From assembly GCF_028728205.1 (NCBI RefSeq), contig NZ_JAQYUU010000001.1, forward strand, positions 1,626,082-1,658,081: a stretch of DNA of 32,000 nt. The letters run 5' to 3'. The DNA comes from Clostridium sp. 'White wine YQ'. Lineage in GTDB: Bacteria > Bacillota > Clostridia > Clostridiales > Clostridiaceae. A program made the translations under genes and the position numbers. Positions 25,205-32,000 of the stretch are shown here, one piece after another. The notes beneath the pieces were generated by a model. It was given only the letters and a program-made list of their open reading frames with translations. It made no database searches and was not told the DNA's origin. How positions within the stretch are numbered: the first letter of the stretch is position 1; the number at the start of each line of letters is the position of its first letter.

Positions 25205-26375
25205 CTTTATCTTTTTTAGTTAAGAATATTGTACCAAAAAGAATTAATGCACCCAATACATATGGCAAATTAAAATTAATATCAAAAAGGTTTCCTGCCA
25301 TTATTGGTCCGATTATATTTCCCATACTAGTATAAGTAGTATTTAATCCAGAAACAAAACCTTGCTCATCACTCTTAGCTTCATTTGATAACAATGTATT
25401 TACAGTTGGCCTTAAAAATGAATTAAATGTAAAAAATAAGGAAGATACAGCTAGAAGGTAAATAAAATTAACTTTCACTATCATTAATAAAAGTGCAATT
25501 GATGTCATTAACAAAGAAAACCTAATCAATTTAAATTCTCCGAATCTAGTTACCACCTTATCTAAAAGCCATACTTGAGTCATAATCCCAATGGCAGCTC
25601 CCAGTGTAATCAATATAGAGATATATTGAGAATTAAATCCATATTTATACTCTGCATAAAGTGAATAAACTGTTTCATAACTAACCAACCCAAAAGTCAT
25701 AACAAGAATTAATAACAAGTATTTAAAATATGACATATGAAATGACCTTGTAAGCTGTTTAATGATTGACTCCTGATTTTTTGATGACTTTGAAATATTT
25801 CTTTTTTCTATTGGAAGAGTTTCTGGAAGTATTATAGTTAGTAATGTTGAAATTAGTCCTAAAAATGAGGCTAAAAAATATGGCACTCGTAATCCAAATT
25901 GAGCTATTATACCTCCAATTCCAGGTCCTAATACCATACCTAAATTCATAGCAGCACTTATGTAACCCATCCCTTTTGCTCTAGTTTCTCTCGTAGTTAT
26001 ATCCGCAACATATGCTAAAACAGAAGGAACCATTATTCCTAACCCAATTCCCCCGATAATGCGGGCTATATAGAGTAGCATTAAAGTATGTGAAATTGCA
26101 AATATAAAATCAGCAATAACAGTTAAAGATAAGCCTGATAGTATCATTATTTTTCTACCATGCCTATCTGAGAGTCTTCCACCAATAGGTGAAAAGATGA
26201 ATTGCGCTGCTCCAAAGGCTGCAACTAGGTATCCTGCAGCCGCTCCAGCAACATTAAATTGCTTAAGATAGTCAGGTAATATTGGAATGACCATACCTTG
26301 TCCCAATAAAGCAATAAATAAATTAAGCATCAATATAAATAAAGGAAACCCCTTTTTTTCATGTAGTTTGAACAT
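25191..26375 (-). CDS. MFS multidrug/tetracycline-type efflux transporter
   Basis: 12 transmembrane helices. Motif A GGRLSDRHGRKIMIL. RBS GGGGGA upstream. Confidence 0.9.
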   Translation of the reverse strand: MFKLHEKKGFPLFILMLNLFIALLGQGMVIPILPDYLKQFNVAGAAAGYLVAAFGAAQFIFSPIGGRLSDRHGRKIMILSGLSLTVIADFIFAISHTLMLLYIARIIGGIGLGIMVPSVLAYVADITTRETRAKGMGYISAAMNLGMVLGPGIGGIIAQFGLRVPYFLASFLGLISTLLTIILPETLPIEKRNISKSSKNQESIIKQLTRSFHMSYFKYLLLILVMTFGLVSYETVYSLYAEYKYGFNSQYISILITLGAAIGIMTQVWLLDKVVTRFGEFKLIRFSLLMTSIALLLMIVKVNFIYLLAVSSLFFTFNSFLRPTVNTLLSNEAKSDEQGFVSGLNTTYTSMGNIIGPIMAGNLFDINFNLPYVLGALILFGTIFLTKKDKDEVI

Positions 26376-26390
26376 TATTATCCCCCTTTG

Positions 26391-26423
26391 TTTACAGTTA
26401 GTAAATGGTTTACTCTATGTAAA
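26391..26423. promoter_or_regulatory. Two adjacent inverted repeats TTTAC-N5-GTAAA (candidate TetR operators)
   Basis: 26391-26405 TTTACAGTTAGTAAA and 26409-26423 TTTACTCTATGTAAA. They lie between the promoter and the RBS of the MFS-TetR operon. Confidence 0.5.
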
Positions 26424-26425
26424 TC

Positions 26426-26454
26426 ATTGTATACATCTTTATTTGTTTTGTAAA
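26426..26454 (-). promoter_or_regulatory. Putative sigma-A promoter of the MFS-TetR operon
   Basis: Minus strand: TTTACA (26454-26449), 17-nt spacer, TACAAT (26431-26426). Confidence 0.5.
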
Positions 26455-26493
26455 GTAAAAAATAGAGTATGCAGTATTCCCACACACTCTATT
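26455..26493 (-). terminator. Terminator after the flavodoxin-like gene pair
   Basis: Minus strand: AATAGAGT / ACTCTATT 8-bp stem with a 17-nt loop, followed by T6. Confidence 0.5.
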
Positions 26494-26513
26494 TATAAAA
26501 ATTTATTTATGAA

Positions 26514-27164
26514 TTATACACTCTCTATAAAAGGCTTATCATATAACTTCTCTTCACTAACAGACATACTTCTGGCAGCTTCCACCCAATTTTTTTGTCC
26601 CTCTGAAAAAAACATCTCCCTAGGTAGTTTCGGGGATATAAAAAAATTATCTTTTGATTGATTTGAATTATTTAAAATATCATCACTTACTTCTAAGAAT
26701 GTATTATATGCATCTTTTTTGATTTCGCTATTAAAAGGAATAATATCTTTAGTCCCTCTCATAAATTCTCCAGCTCCAATTCCTACACCAAATCTCCACT
26801 CATAACCTACTTTATTGCAGAAATGTTCTAATATTTTAAGAGCATACCTAGTTTGTATTCCCTCAAAGAATCCACAGTTAACTACACCATAAACTTTTAC
26901 AGATTTTCTAATAATCTTAGCTTGTTCTTCTAAATTAACCAAAAACTCAACTACTGTTGATGGCAAAGAATCTACATACAGCGGGAAAGTAATTATTAAT
27001 ATATCTGAACTTGCAAGTTCTTCATAATTCACCTTATTATTTATGACACAATGATTTACTTCAACATTTTCAGGTTGGATAAGCGTAGTAAGTTCATCAA
27101 TAAAAAACTTAGACGCACTATTATTACCTCTTGGACTTCCATTAACAAAATATAATTTTTTCAT
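26514..27164 (-). CDS. Flavodoxin-like fold NAD(P)H-dependent oxidoreductase
   Basis: N-terminus MKKLYFVNGSPRGNNSAS (FMN-reductase-type loop). The start overlaps the upstream stop (TAATG). Confidence 0.7.
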   Translation of the reverse strand: MKKLYFVNGSPRGNNSASKFFIDELTTLIQPENVEVNHCVINNKVNYEELASSDILIITFPLYVDSLPSTVVEFLVNLEEQAKIIRKSVKVYGVVNCGFFEGIQTRYALKILEHFCNKVGYEWRFGVGIGAGEFMRGTKDIIPFNSEIKKDAYNTFLEVSDDILNNSNQSKDNFFISPKLPREMFFSEGQKNWVEAARSMSVSEEKLYDKPFIESV

Positions 27165-27739
27165 TATCTTTCCCCTCCCATAACCTTAATGTAGCTTAAT
27201 ATACTATTTACTAAACTTTCAATTTCTGCTGTCTCTCTACATACATAGCTTTCTGCATTATCCTTTTGAAAGTTTATAGCATTTGCTTGATTTAATCCCT
27301 TAAATGTCTCTTCCTCATTAACGGAAATATCACTACCATAACCAACAAAAACAAGCTCTGGATATTTCTCGTAACGAGGTGCATGATGCATTTCACCATT
27401 GACATCTTTAAAGAAAGGGAGGATTTTGCATATACCACGATCTAATACTCTTTTTATTTTAGGACTATAGCATCCATATTTTACTTCACTTAAGACGATA
27501 TACAAGTCGCTATTTATCTCATCTCTGCTTATATCTCTAGTTATATCATCAAAAACACATAGTCCCGGTGTCTTTAACCAGCAATTAAAACAGCCTACAC
27601 ATTTATTCATTTTCTCATCTTTAACATTATAGTATTTATAACTATAATTACTCTCACTAAGTTTTTTAAGTAACTCTTCTTGAAGTTCTTCTCCCACACT
27701 ATTTGTACCCTCACCATCACTAACTAACAATATATTCAT
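27164..27739 (-). CDS. Flavodoxin-like protein with a Cys motif (iron-sulfur flavoprotein-like)
   Basis: CVGCFNCWLKTPGLCVFDD motif. RBS AAGGAGGA upstream. Confidence 0.65.
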   Translation of the reverse strand: MNILLVSDGEGTNSVGEELQEELLKKLSESNYSYKYYNVKDEKMNKCVGCFNCWLKTPGLCVFDDITRDISRDEINSDLYIVLSEVKYGCYSPKIKRVLDRGICKILPFFKDVNGEMHHAPRYEKYPELVFVGYGSDISVNEEETFKGLNQANAINFQKDNAESYVCRETAEIESLVNSILSYIKVMGGER

Positions 27740-27759
27740 AGTTATCCTCCTTTTAGTAT

Positions 27760-27815
27760 GTTTACACTGTAAACTTTATATTTGTATTATATTTCACTAA
27801 GTTTACACTGTCAAC
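27760..27815. promoter_or_regulatory. Two 15-bp boxes GTTTACACTGT(A/C)AAC (candidate TetR operators) embedded in face-to-face promoters
   Basis: Box 1 at 27760-27774 is a perfect 7-1-7 palindrome. Box 2 at 27801-27815 has one mismatch. + promoter: TTTACA (27802-27807), 17 nt, TATAAT (27825-27830). Minus promoter: TTGACA (27814-27809), 17 nt, TATAAT (27791-27786). Confidence 0.6.
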
Positions 27816-27862
27816 ATTTTATGATATAATTTTTTTAGAAACTATTTTGGAGGAAAAATTAA

Positions 27863-28453
27863 ATGGCAAAAGATAACTACCATCATGGTACATTAAAAGA
27901 AGATATGATAAGAAATGGTCTACAACTTTTAAATAAAGAAGGTTTTGAAGGATTTTCATTAAGAAAAGTGGCTAGTATGTGTGGTGTAAGCCATACTGCA
28001 CCTTATAAGCATTTTAAAGATAAAGAAGATTTGATTAACTCAATAGCTTTAGAAGTTTGGCAGGCTTTTTCTGCTTCTTTATTAGAATCTACAGAAAAAT
28101 ATCCTGATAATCCTAAAATTCAAATTCTTGAGATGGGAAAATCCTACGTTAAGTTTATGGTAGAAAATCCTGAATACCTAAAATTTATGTTTCTTACTGA
28201 ACATAAATATCCAATACTTGTTAGCAATAATGAGTTACATCATCTTGATAATTCTCCTTTCCATATTTTCAAAAAATGTTGTGAGAATTACCTTAGTTCC
28301 ATATCAACTAAAAAAGATATGTATTACTTAGATACCCTGTCTATGTGGAGTTTAGTACATGGTATAGCACTACTTATTGCAAATAAAGTAATCGAATATG
28401 ATGGAGATTATTTAGACTTAGTAGAAAATATGATTAATGAAAAACTTAAATAG
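27863..28453 (+). CDS. TetR/AcrR family transcriptional regulator
   Basis: HTH LRKVASMCGVSHTAPYKHF. RBS GGAGGA upstream. Confidence 0.9.
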   Translation: MAKDNYHHGTLKEDMIRNGLQLLNKEGFEGFSLRKVASMCGVSHTAPYKHFKDKEDLINSIALEVWQAFSASLLESTEKYPDNPKIQILEMGKSYVKFMVENPEYLKFMFLTEHKYPILVSNNELHHLDNSPFHIFKKCCENYLSSISTKKDMYYLDTLSMWSLVHGIALLIANKVIEYDGDYLDLVENMINEKLK

Positions 28454-28460
28454 CCTATAA

Positions 28461-28500
28461 AAAAGAGGCGCCTTAGATATAAAAAGGCTCCTCTTAATTC
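28461..28500. terminator. Hairpin between convergent genes
   Basis: GAGGCGCCT / AGGCTCCTC stem (one mismatch) with A-run and T-rich flanks. Confidence 0.5.
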
Positions 28501-28501
28501 T

Positions 28502-28948
28502 TTATCTTTCTATAAATTTATTCTTTTTTAATACAATAGGCGTTACCCTATCTCCATAAAAATCTTCTGCATTTCCAATCACTTCGCAGCCGAACTTTTC
28601 TAACATTTTTAAAGTTATGTCTCTTGCTTCAATATATATTTCCTCTGCTCCAAGGTTAAAGACTTCATTAAGTGAAAATAATGCAATATTCTTACCTAAA
28701 CCTTTTCCGCGCAATTTTTTATCAACAGCATACCTTCCCCAATGCCATTCCCCATGTTCTTTCCAACTTGCAACAACAGCAACTATCTCTCCATTTAATT
28801 TTCCACACCACCAAATGGGTTCCAGTTCTTCTCTTATTGGAATTAACTCTTCAGGAATATGCTGTTCTCTATTAAAAACTTCTATTGATAACTTTATTGC
28901 CTCTTCCATATTTTCTAGATTTACTTTTTCTATTTTCAAAATAGCCAC
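28502..28948 (-). CDS. GNAT family N-acetyltransferase
   Basis: 148 aa. Motif A RGKGLGKNIALFSL. Confidence 0.85.
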   Translation of the reverse strand: MAILKIEKVNLENMEEAIKLSIEVFNREQHIPEELIPIREELEPIWWCGKLNGEIVAVVASWKEHGEWHWGRYAVDKKLRGKGLGKNIALFSLNEVFNLGAEEIYIEARDITLKMLEKFGCEVIGNAEDFYGDRVTPIVLKKNKFIER

Positions 28949-29009
28949 CCCAATTTACTGTTAATGTTAATCCAATTATACTATTCATATTGTGTTCCTA
29001 CAAATAATT

Positions 29010-30041
29010 CTATCTTTCTCCAATATTAAGTATCTTCCAACCGGCATAGGATATTCCCCATACCACTATAAATAATCCTACTAAAATATAACCAGCTATA
29101 TTAAAATCTAAGTTACTAATGAAGTTACAAAATTCATTATCTAGTCCAAGTATTGGTGTTATCATTTGTATTATTTCAATAAATCCAATAAACAAAGCTG
29201 CAATTACTGAAAGTCCAGTAATGGTCAGATTATAATAAATTTTGCGAATTGGTGTTGAGAAAACCCATTCGTATGCCGTGCACATAAAGAAACCATCTGC
29301 TGTATCCATTAAACTCATACCTGCTGTAAATAAGATTGGGAAAGATAGTGTAGCAAGAATTGGTATCTCATGACTTGCTGCAGTTGCTGAAGTTGCTAAA
29401 AGAGAAACTTGAGTTGCAGTATCAAACCCTAGTCCAAAAAGGAACCCCAATATATACACATGCCATCCTTTGCTTATAGACTTGTACACAATTCCAGTTA
29501 GTTTATTAATAAAGCCCTTAGTATCTTCATAATCAAGCTCTTCTTCTTTATAAGTGCCTTTTCTTACTTTTAAAAAGGTTTTAAAAATATCCTTCCACAT
29601 GAATAGATTAACTAATCCAATAATGAGAAGAAAACTGCCTGAAACTGCAAGCGAAACAGCCCCTCCATACTTTTGAAACTTTGGCATACTGTTTTCCGTC
29701 CACTTTACAGCAAAAACTGTAAGAGTAGCCATTAATATTACAACTGTTGAATGTCCAAAGGAAAATAAAAAGCCTACTCCTTTTGGATTTTGTCTTTCTT
29801 GTACCAGCTTTCTTACTGTATTATCTATTGCAGTTATATGATCTGCATCAAAAGCATGTCTAAGTCCTAAAGTATAAGAAAGAACTGCCATACCAATTAT
29901 TTGTGGATACTTGCTAACTCCTGTTATCAATAATGCTATACCTATGATATGCAATGCTAATACAGCAATAATATATCTAATGAATCCTGAATATTTCTTT
30001 TCTTGTATATTTGATTTTATTGTCTCCAAAAAGTTTTCCAT
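29010..30041 (-). CDS. HoxN/HupN/NixA (NiCoT) family nickel/cobalt permease, probably cobalt-specific
   Basis: NiCoT signature RHAFDADHITAIDN in TM2, plus GHSTVV and LGFDTATQV motifs. Preceded by a cobalamin riboswitch. Confidence 0.9.
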   Translation of the reverse strand: MENFLETIKSNIQEKKYSGFIRYIIAVLALHIIGIALLITGVSKYPQIIGMAVLSYTLGLRHAFDADHITAIDNTVRKLVQERQNPKGVGFLFSFGHSTVVILMATLTVFAVKWTENSMPKFQKYGGAVSLAVSGSFLLIIGLVNLFMWKDIFKTFLKVRKGTYKEEELDYEDTKGFINKLTGIVYKSISKGWHVYILGFLFGLGFDTATQVSLLATSATAASHEIPILATLSFPILFTAGMSLMDTADGFFMCTAYEWVFSTPIRKIYYNLTITGLSVIAALFIGFIEIIQMITPILGLDNEFCNFISNLDFNIAGYILVGLFIVVWGISYAGWKILNIGER

Positions 30042-30170
30042 CCTTTATATAATATTTTCATTTAAGAAGCCCCTTAACTTATTTGTCAAGAGGCTTAATT
30101 GCGAAAATAAATATAAACATTTATCATTACAAATACCCCCTATCATCCGTAGAGTTATTTTTCTCAAAAT

Positions 30171-30327
30171 ATAGGCAGGTCTCCTGACTTAAGTATCTAC
30201 ATTCTTATAAGCCTTCCCGAGATATCTCAGTGACATATTTTATAAGAACTACTCTTTTACAGTGGCGGGACCGTGAGGGATTTTCACCCAGCTTCCCTTT
30301 TAATTAATCAACTACGATTAAACCTAT
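30171..30327 (-). promoter_or_regulatory. Cobalamin (B12) riboswitch aptamer
   Basis: Minus strand: ATAGGTTTAATCG...AAAGGGAAGCTGGGTGAAAATCCCTCACGGTCCCGCCACTGTAA (B12 box GCCACTG = rc of 30260-30266)...CTCGGGAAGGC...AGTCAGGAGACCTGCCTAT. P1 is ATAGG / CCTAT. Confidence 0.85.
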
Positions 30328-30392
30328 ATTATATACAAATGGTATAATAGCACATTACTTTAAACAAGTATAGTTCTTTTACTACAATGCAT

Positions 30393-30422
30393 AAAGAAAA
30401 AACACTTTATATGAAAGTGTTT
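30393..30422 (-). terminator. Rho-independent terminator after the secreted-protein genes
   Basis: Minus strand: AAACACTTT / AAAGTGTTT stem directly after the stop at 30423, followed by TTTTTTCT. Confidence 0.6.
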
Positions 30423-30758
30423 TTAAGATGTCTTCGGTGCTATATATACTTCTCCATTACCTAATATAGCGAGTCTATCGTCTGGCCTAAGTGATATTGT
30501 ATTATAATAAGGCGAATTAGGTTCTAGTCTTATAGATTGCACTATTGCTTGACTTTCATCAAATATAAGCAAATATACAGTATTACTTGATGAAACATTT
30601 TTGAGATTATACATATTGGTAGGCGAATAAATAAAATCTGATAATTTATAAACCCCTTCCTTAAAAGTATTACTAGTAGCCCTAGCTGCAGGTGATGCAT
30701 TAGCAATATTAGAGGTTAACAATAATAAAAACATTAATGAAATGATAAACTTTTTCAT
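30423..30758 (-). CDS. Small secreted protein of unknown function (paralogue A, 111 aa)
   Basis: Signal peptide MKKFIISLMFLLLLTSNIANASPA. The ATG at 30758 lies 7 nt after GGTGG. Paralogous to 30806..31141. Confidence 0.6.
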   Translation of the reverse strand: MKKFIISLMFLLLLTSNIANASPAARATSNTFKEGVYKLSDFIYSPTNMYNLKNVSSSNTVYLLIFDESQAIVQSIRLEPNSPYYNTISLRPDDRLAILGNGEVYIAPKTS

Positions 30759-30805
30759 TATAAATCCACCTTTCAATTCTATTGTTTATTACATTTTTAT
30801 CTTAA

Positions 30806-31141
30806 TCATGTTTTAGGAAGAATACGAGCCTCTCCATTGCCAATTAATAGAATTCTATACTCAGGCTTCATAGGTCTCAAATCATATTTTTGTGTGCCAG
30901 GCTCTAATTTTATAATTTGCATAGCCACTTGATTTTCATTAGCAACTAATATAAAAATACTCTTCTTAGGAGAAATGTTTTCAATTGTATATAAATTATT
31001 AGGGGATGGTTCTAAATCAGATATTTTATAAACCCCTTCCTTAAAAGTAGTTGCTGGACTCGCAAGCACAGGTATTGCCACAAATATATTTAAGAATAAG
31101 CTTAATAAAACTATTAATAAAACTCTAACCTTCTTCATCAT
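30806..31141 (-). CDS. Small secreted protein of unknown function (paralogue B, 111 aa)
   Basis: Signal peptide MMKKVRVLLIVLLSLFLNIFVAIPVLASPA. ATG at 31141 follows AAAGGTGG. The 24 upstream codons in the ORF track translate the tandem repeat. Confidence 0.6.
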   Translation of the reverse strand: MMKKVRVLLIVLLSLFLNIFVAIPVLASPATTFKEGVYKISDLEPSPNNLYTIENISPKKSIFILVANENQVAMQIIKLEPGTQKYDLRPMKPEYRILLIGNGEARILPKT

Positions 31142-31180
31142 GTAACCACCTTTCAGTTTTATTATGCGTAATACAAAAAG

Positions 31181-31219
31181 CAATATACATATATACAATA
31201 TACATATATACAATATATG
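31181..31219. repeat. 15-bp tandem repeat CAATATACATATATA, about 2.6 copies
   Basis: 31181-31195 and 31196-31210 are identical. 31211-31219 is a partial copy. Lies in the divergent intergenic region. Confidence 0.8.
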
Positions 31220-31295
31220 TAATAAAATGTTATAATTTGTTAATAAATATTGATAAGATTAATCTTTAATTATTAAACCTAAGGGGGATATTATA

Positions 31296-31763
31296 TTGAA
31301 AAGAGTTAGAAAAACTATCATTGTTATTTGTATTATTTTATTAATCCCAATAATACTCACAAGTATACCCTCTGGGAAATACTTAGATAATGCTGAATTA
31401 AAGGATAAAATAAAAAAAGGTACTGCATATGATATCGAAGTTAATAAGAGCTTAAAAATCGATAATGATGTTTTGACAATTCAAAGAATAACATGTACAG
31501 ATGAAAATACTTACTTAAGATATAGCTATAAGCATAAAAAAATAGGAGGAAACTTTTATTTTCAGTCGATAGAATTATATGATGATAAGGGTAATAAATA
31601 TATTAGTCGTAGTGGAGAAAGCAAAGGAAAACTCTTTGGCCAAGAGGATTTAATTTCTTATAACTATATCAATTCAAATAGCAAAGATATTACACTAAAG
31701 CTTCAATTATATGATAGAACCTTTGAAATGAAGATTCCTTGTTCAAGGAGTACAAGCATATGA
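31296..31763 (+). CDS. Membrane-anchored hypothetical protein (N-terminal TM helix, extracytoplasmic domain)
   Basis: TTG start lies 7 nt after AAGGGGGA. N-terminal anchor TIIVICIILLIPIILTS. No family recognised. Confidence 0.55.
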   Translation: MKRVRKTIIVICIILLIPIILTSIPSGKYLDNAELKDKIKKGTAYDIEVNKSLKIDNDVLTIQRITCTDENTYLRYSYKHKKIGGNFYFQSIELYDDKGNKYISRSGESKGKLFGQEDLISYNYINSNSKDITLKLQLYDRTFEMKIPCSRSTSI

Positions 31764-32000
31764 ATATAAAAGACAAACTGCCAGATATTATTAAATGGAT
31801 AATTGCATTAATTCTTCTGCTCATATGCATTCATTTTTATTTACTTTCTTATGGTAGCTTCTCAGCCAAAGGTGCACTAAGGGATTCTGAGACAAATGAA
31901 CATTATGGTCCATCTGAAACCCAAAAAGAAATCTCATTAGATTATGGGAAAATATATTTAGGTAAATATAAAAACTGGATTTCAATAACTGCTGTAGAGA
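31760..32000 (+). CDS. Membrane-anchored hypothetical protein, N-terminal part only (runs off the window end)
   Basis: Absent from the ORF track. ATG at 31760 overlaps the upstream stop (ATGA) and follows GGAG (31747-31750). The frame is open to 32000. Translation: MNIKDKLPDIIKWIIALILLLICIHFYLLSYG... Confidence 0.5.
   Translation, partial: MNIKDKLPDIIKWIIALILLLICIHFYLLSYGSFSAKGALRDSETNEHYGPSETQKEISLDYGKIYLGKYKNWISITAVE

Noticed and set aside
26287-26661. 124-aa + strand ORF spanning the MFS start, the operator region and the end of the flavodoxin-like gene
   Set aside because: It crosses two well-supported minus-strand genes, a promoter/operator and a terminator. It has no RBS.
809-28964. 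Remaining short (60-115 aa) ORFs nested in or antisense to larger genes: 809, 4159, 8846, 9239, 9739, 10001, 11365, 11756, 15547, 15656, 17182, 17252, 18064, 20230, 21121, 22597, 23409, 28617, 28672
   Set aside because: All are embedded in longer ORFs with clear family motifs. They lack RBSs and have the skewed composition expected from off-frame translation of AT-rich DNA.
30067-30096. Intrinsic terminator as the expression platform of the cobalamin riboswitch
   Set aside because: A 9-bp hairpin (AAGCCTCTT / AAGGGGCTT on the minus strand) is present, but it is followed by CTTAAATG rather than a U-tract. The switching mechanism is left undetermined.
29911-30174. 87-aa + strand ORF overlapping the NiCoT start and riboswitch platform
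   Set aside because: It is antisense to the NiCoT N-terminus and to the riboswitch expression platform. It has no RBS and a low-complexity translation.
31181-31219. Possible CRISPR-like or minisatellite array
   Set aside because: There are only 2.6 directly abutting 15-bp units, no spacers and no cas genes. I report it as a simple tandem repeat instead.
1-32000. Mobile element, prophage, defence island or toxin-antitoxin pair
   Set aside because: I recognised no integrase, transposase, recombinase, terminal inverted repeats, tRNA attachment site, or nuclease, helicase or methylase genes. The lone XRE gene (3695..3907) has no adjacent toxin-like partner.

Overview
Strongly AT-rich, Clostridium-like Firmicute chromosomal DNA (inferred from base composition, GGAGG-type ribosome-binding sites and a T-box leader). 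About 37 genes, mostly on the minus strand. I found no rRNA, tRNA, CRISPR array, transposase, integrase or phage genes. The window is an accessory-type patchwork of small one-component regulators (3 MarR, 3 TetR, 1 Rrf2, 1 XRE) paired with efflux or transport genes (MATE, 2 MFS, EamA, NiCoT) and flavoproteins (3 flavodoxin-like, 1 PNPOx-like). Most of these modules have readable palindromic operators and sigma-A promoters in their intergenic regions. The ORF track cannot show two cis-regulatory RNAs: a T-box leader (19117-19390, minus) ahead of a divergent MetRS-family paralogue, and a cobalamin riboswitch (30171-30327, minus) ahead of a HoxN/NixA-type Ni/Co permease. The best candidate for something new is the 11886-14021 gene. 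It encodes an intact mannitol-family PTS EIIC permease domain fused to a complete methyl-accepting chemotaxis signalling domain, with no EIIB or EIIA. I read it as a transporter-derived chemoreceptor. Secondary leads: an isolated motA-motB operon coupled to a MarR gene; an HD-GYP protein with degenerate catalytic motifs; a Cys-rich/pentapeptide-repeat fusion; a cytoplasmic PocR-PAS orphan histidine kinase; and two tandem paralogous small secreted proteins next to membrane-anchored unknowns. All homology calls come from motif recognition by eye, and no searches were run. Several starts were moved from the ORF-track maximum ORF to the ATG with a proper ribosome-binding site.
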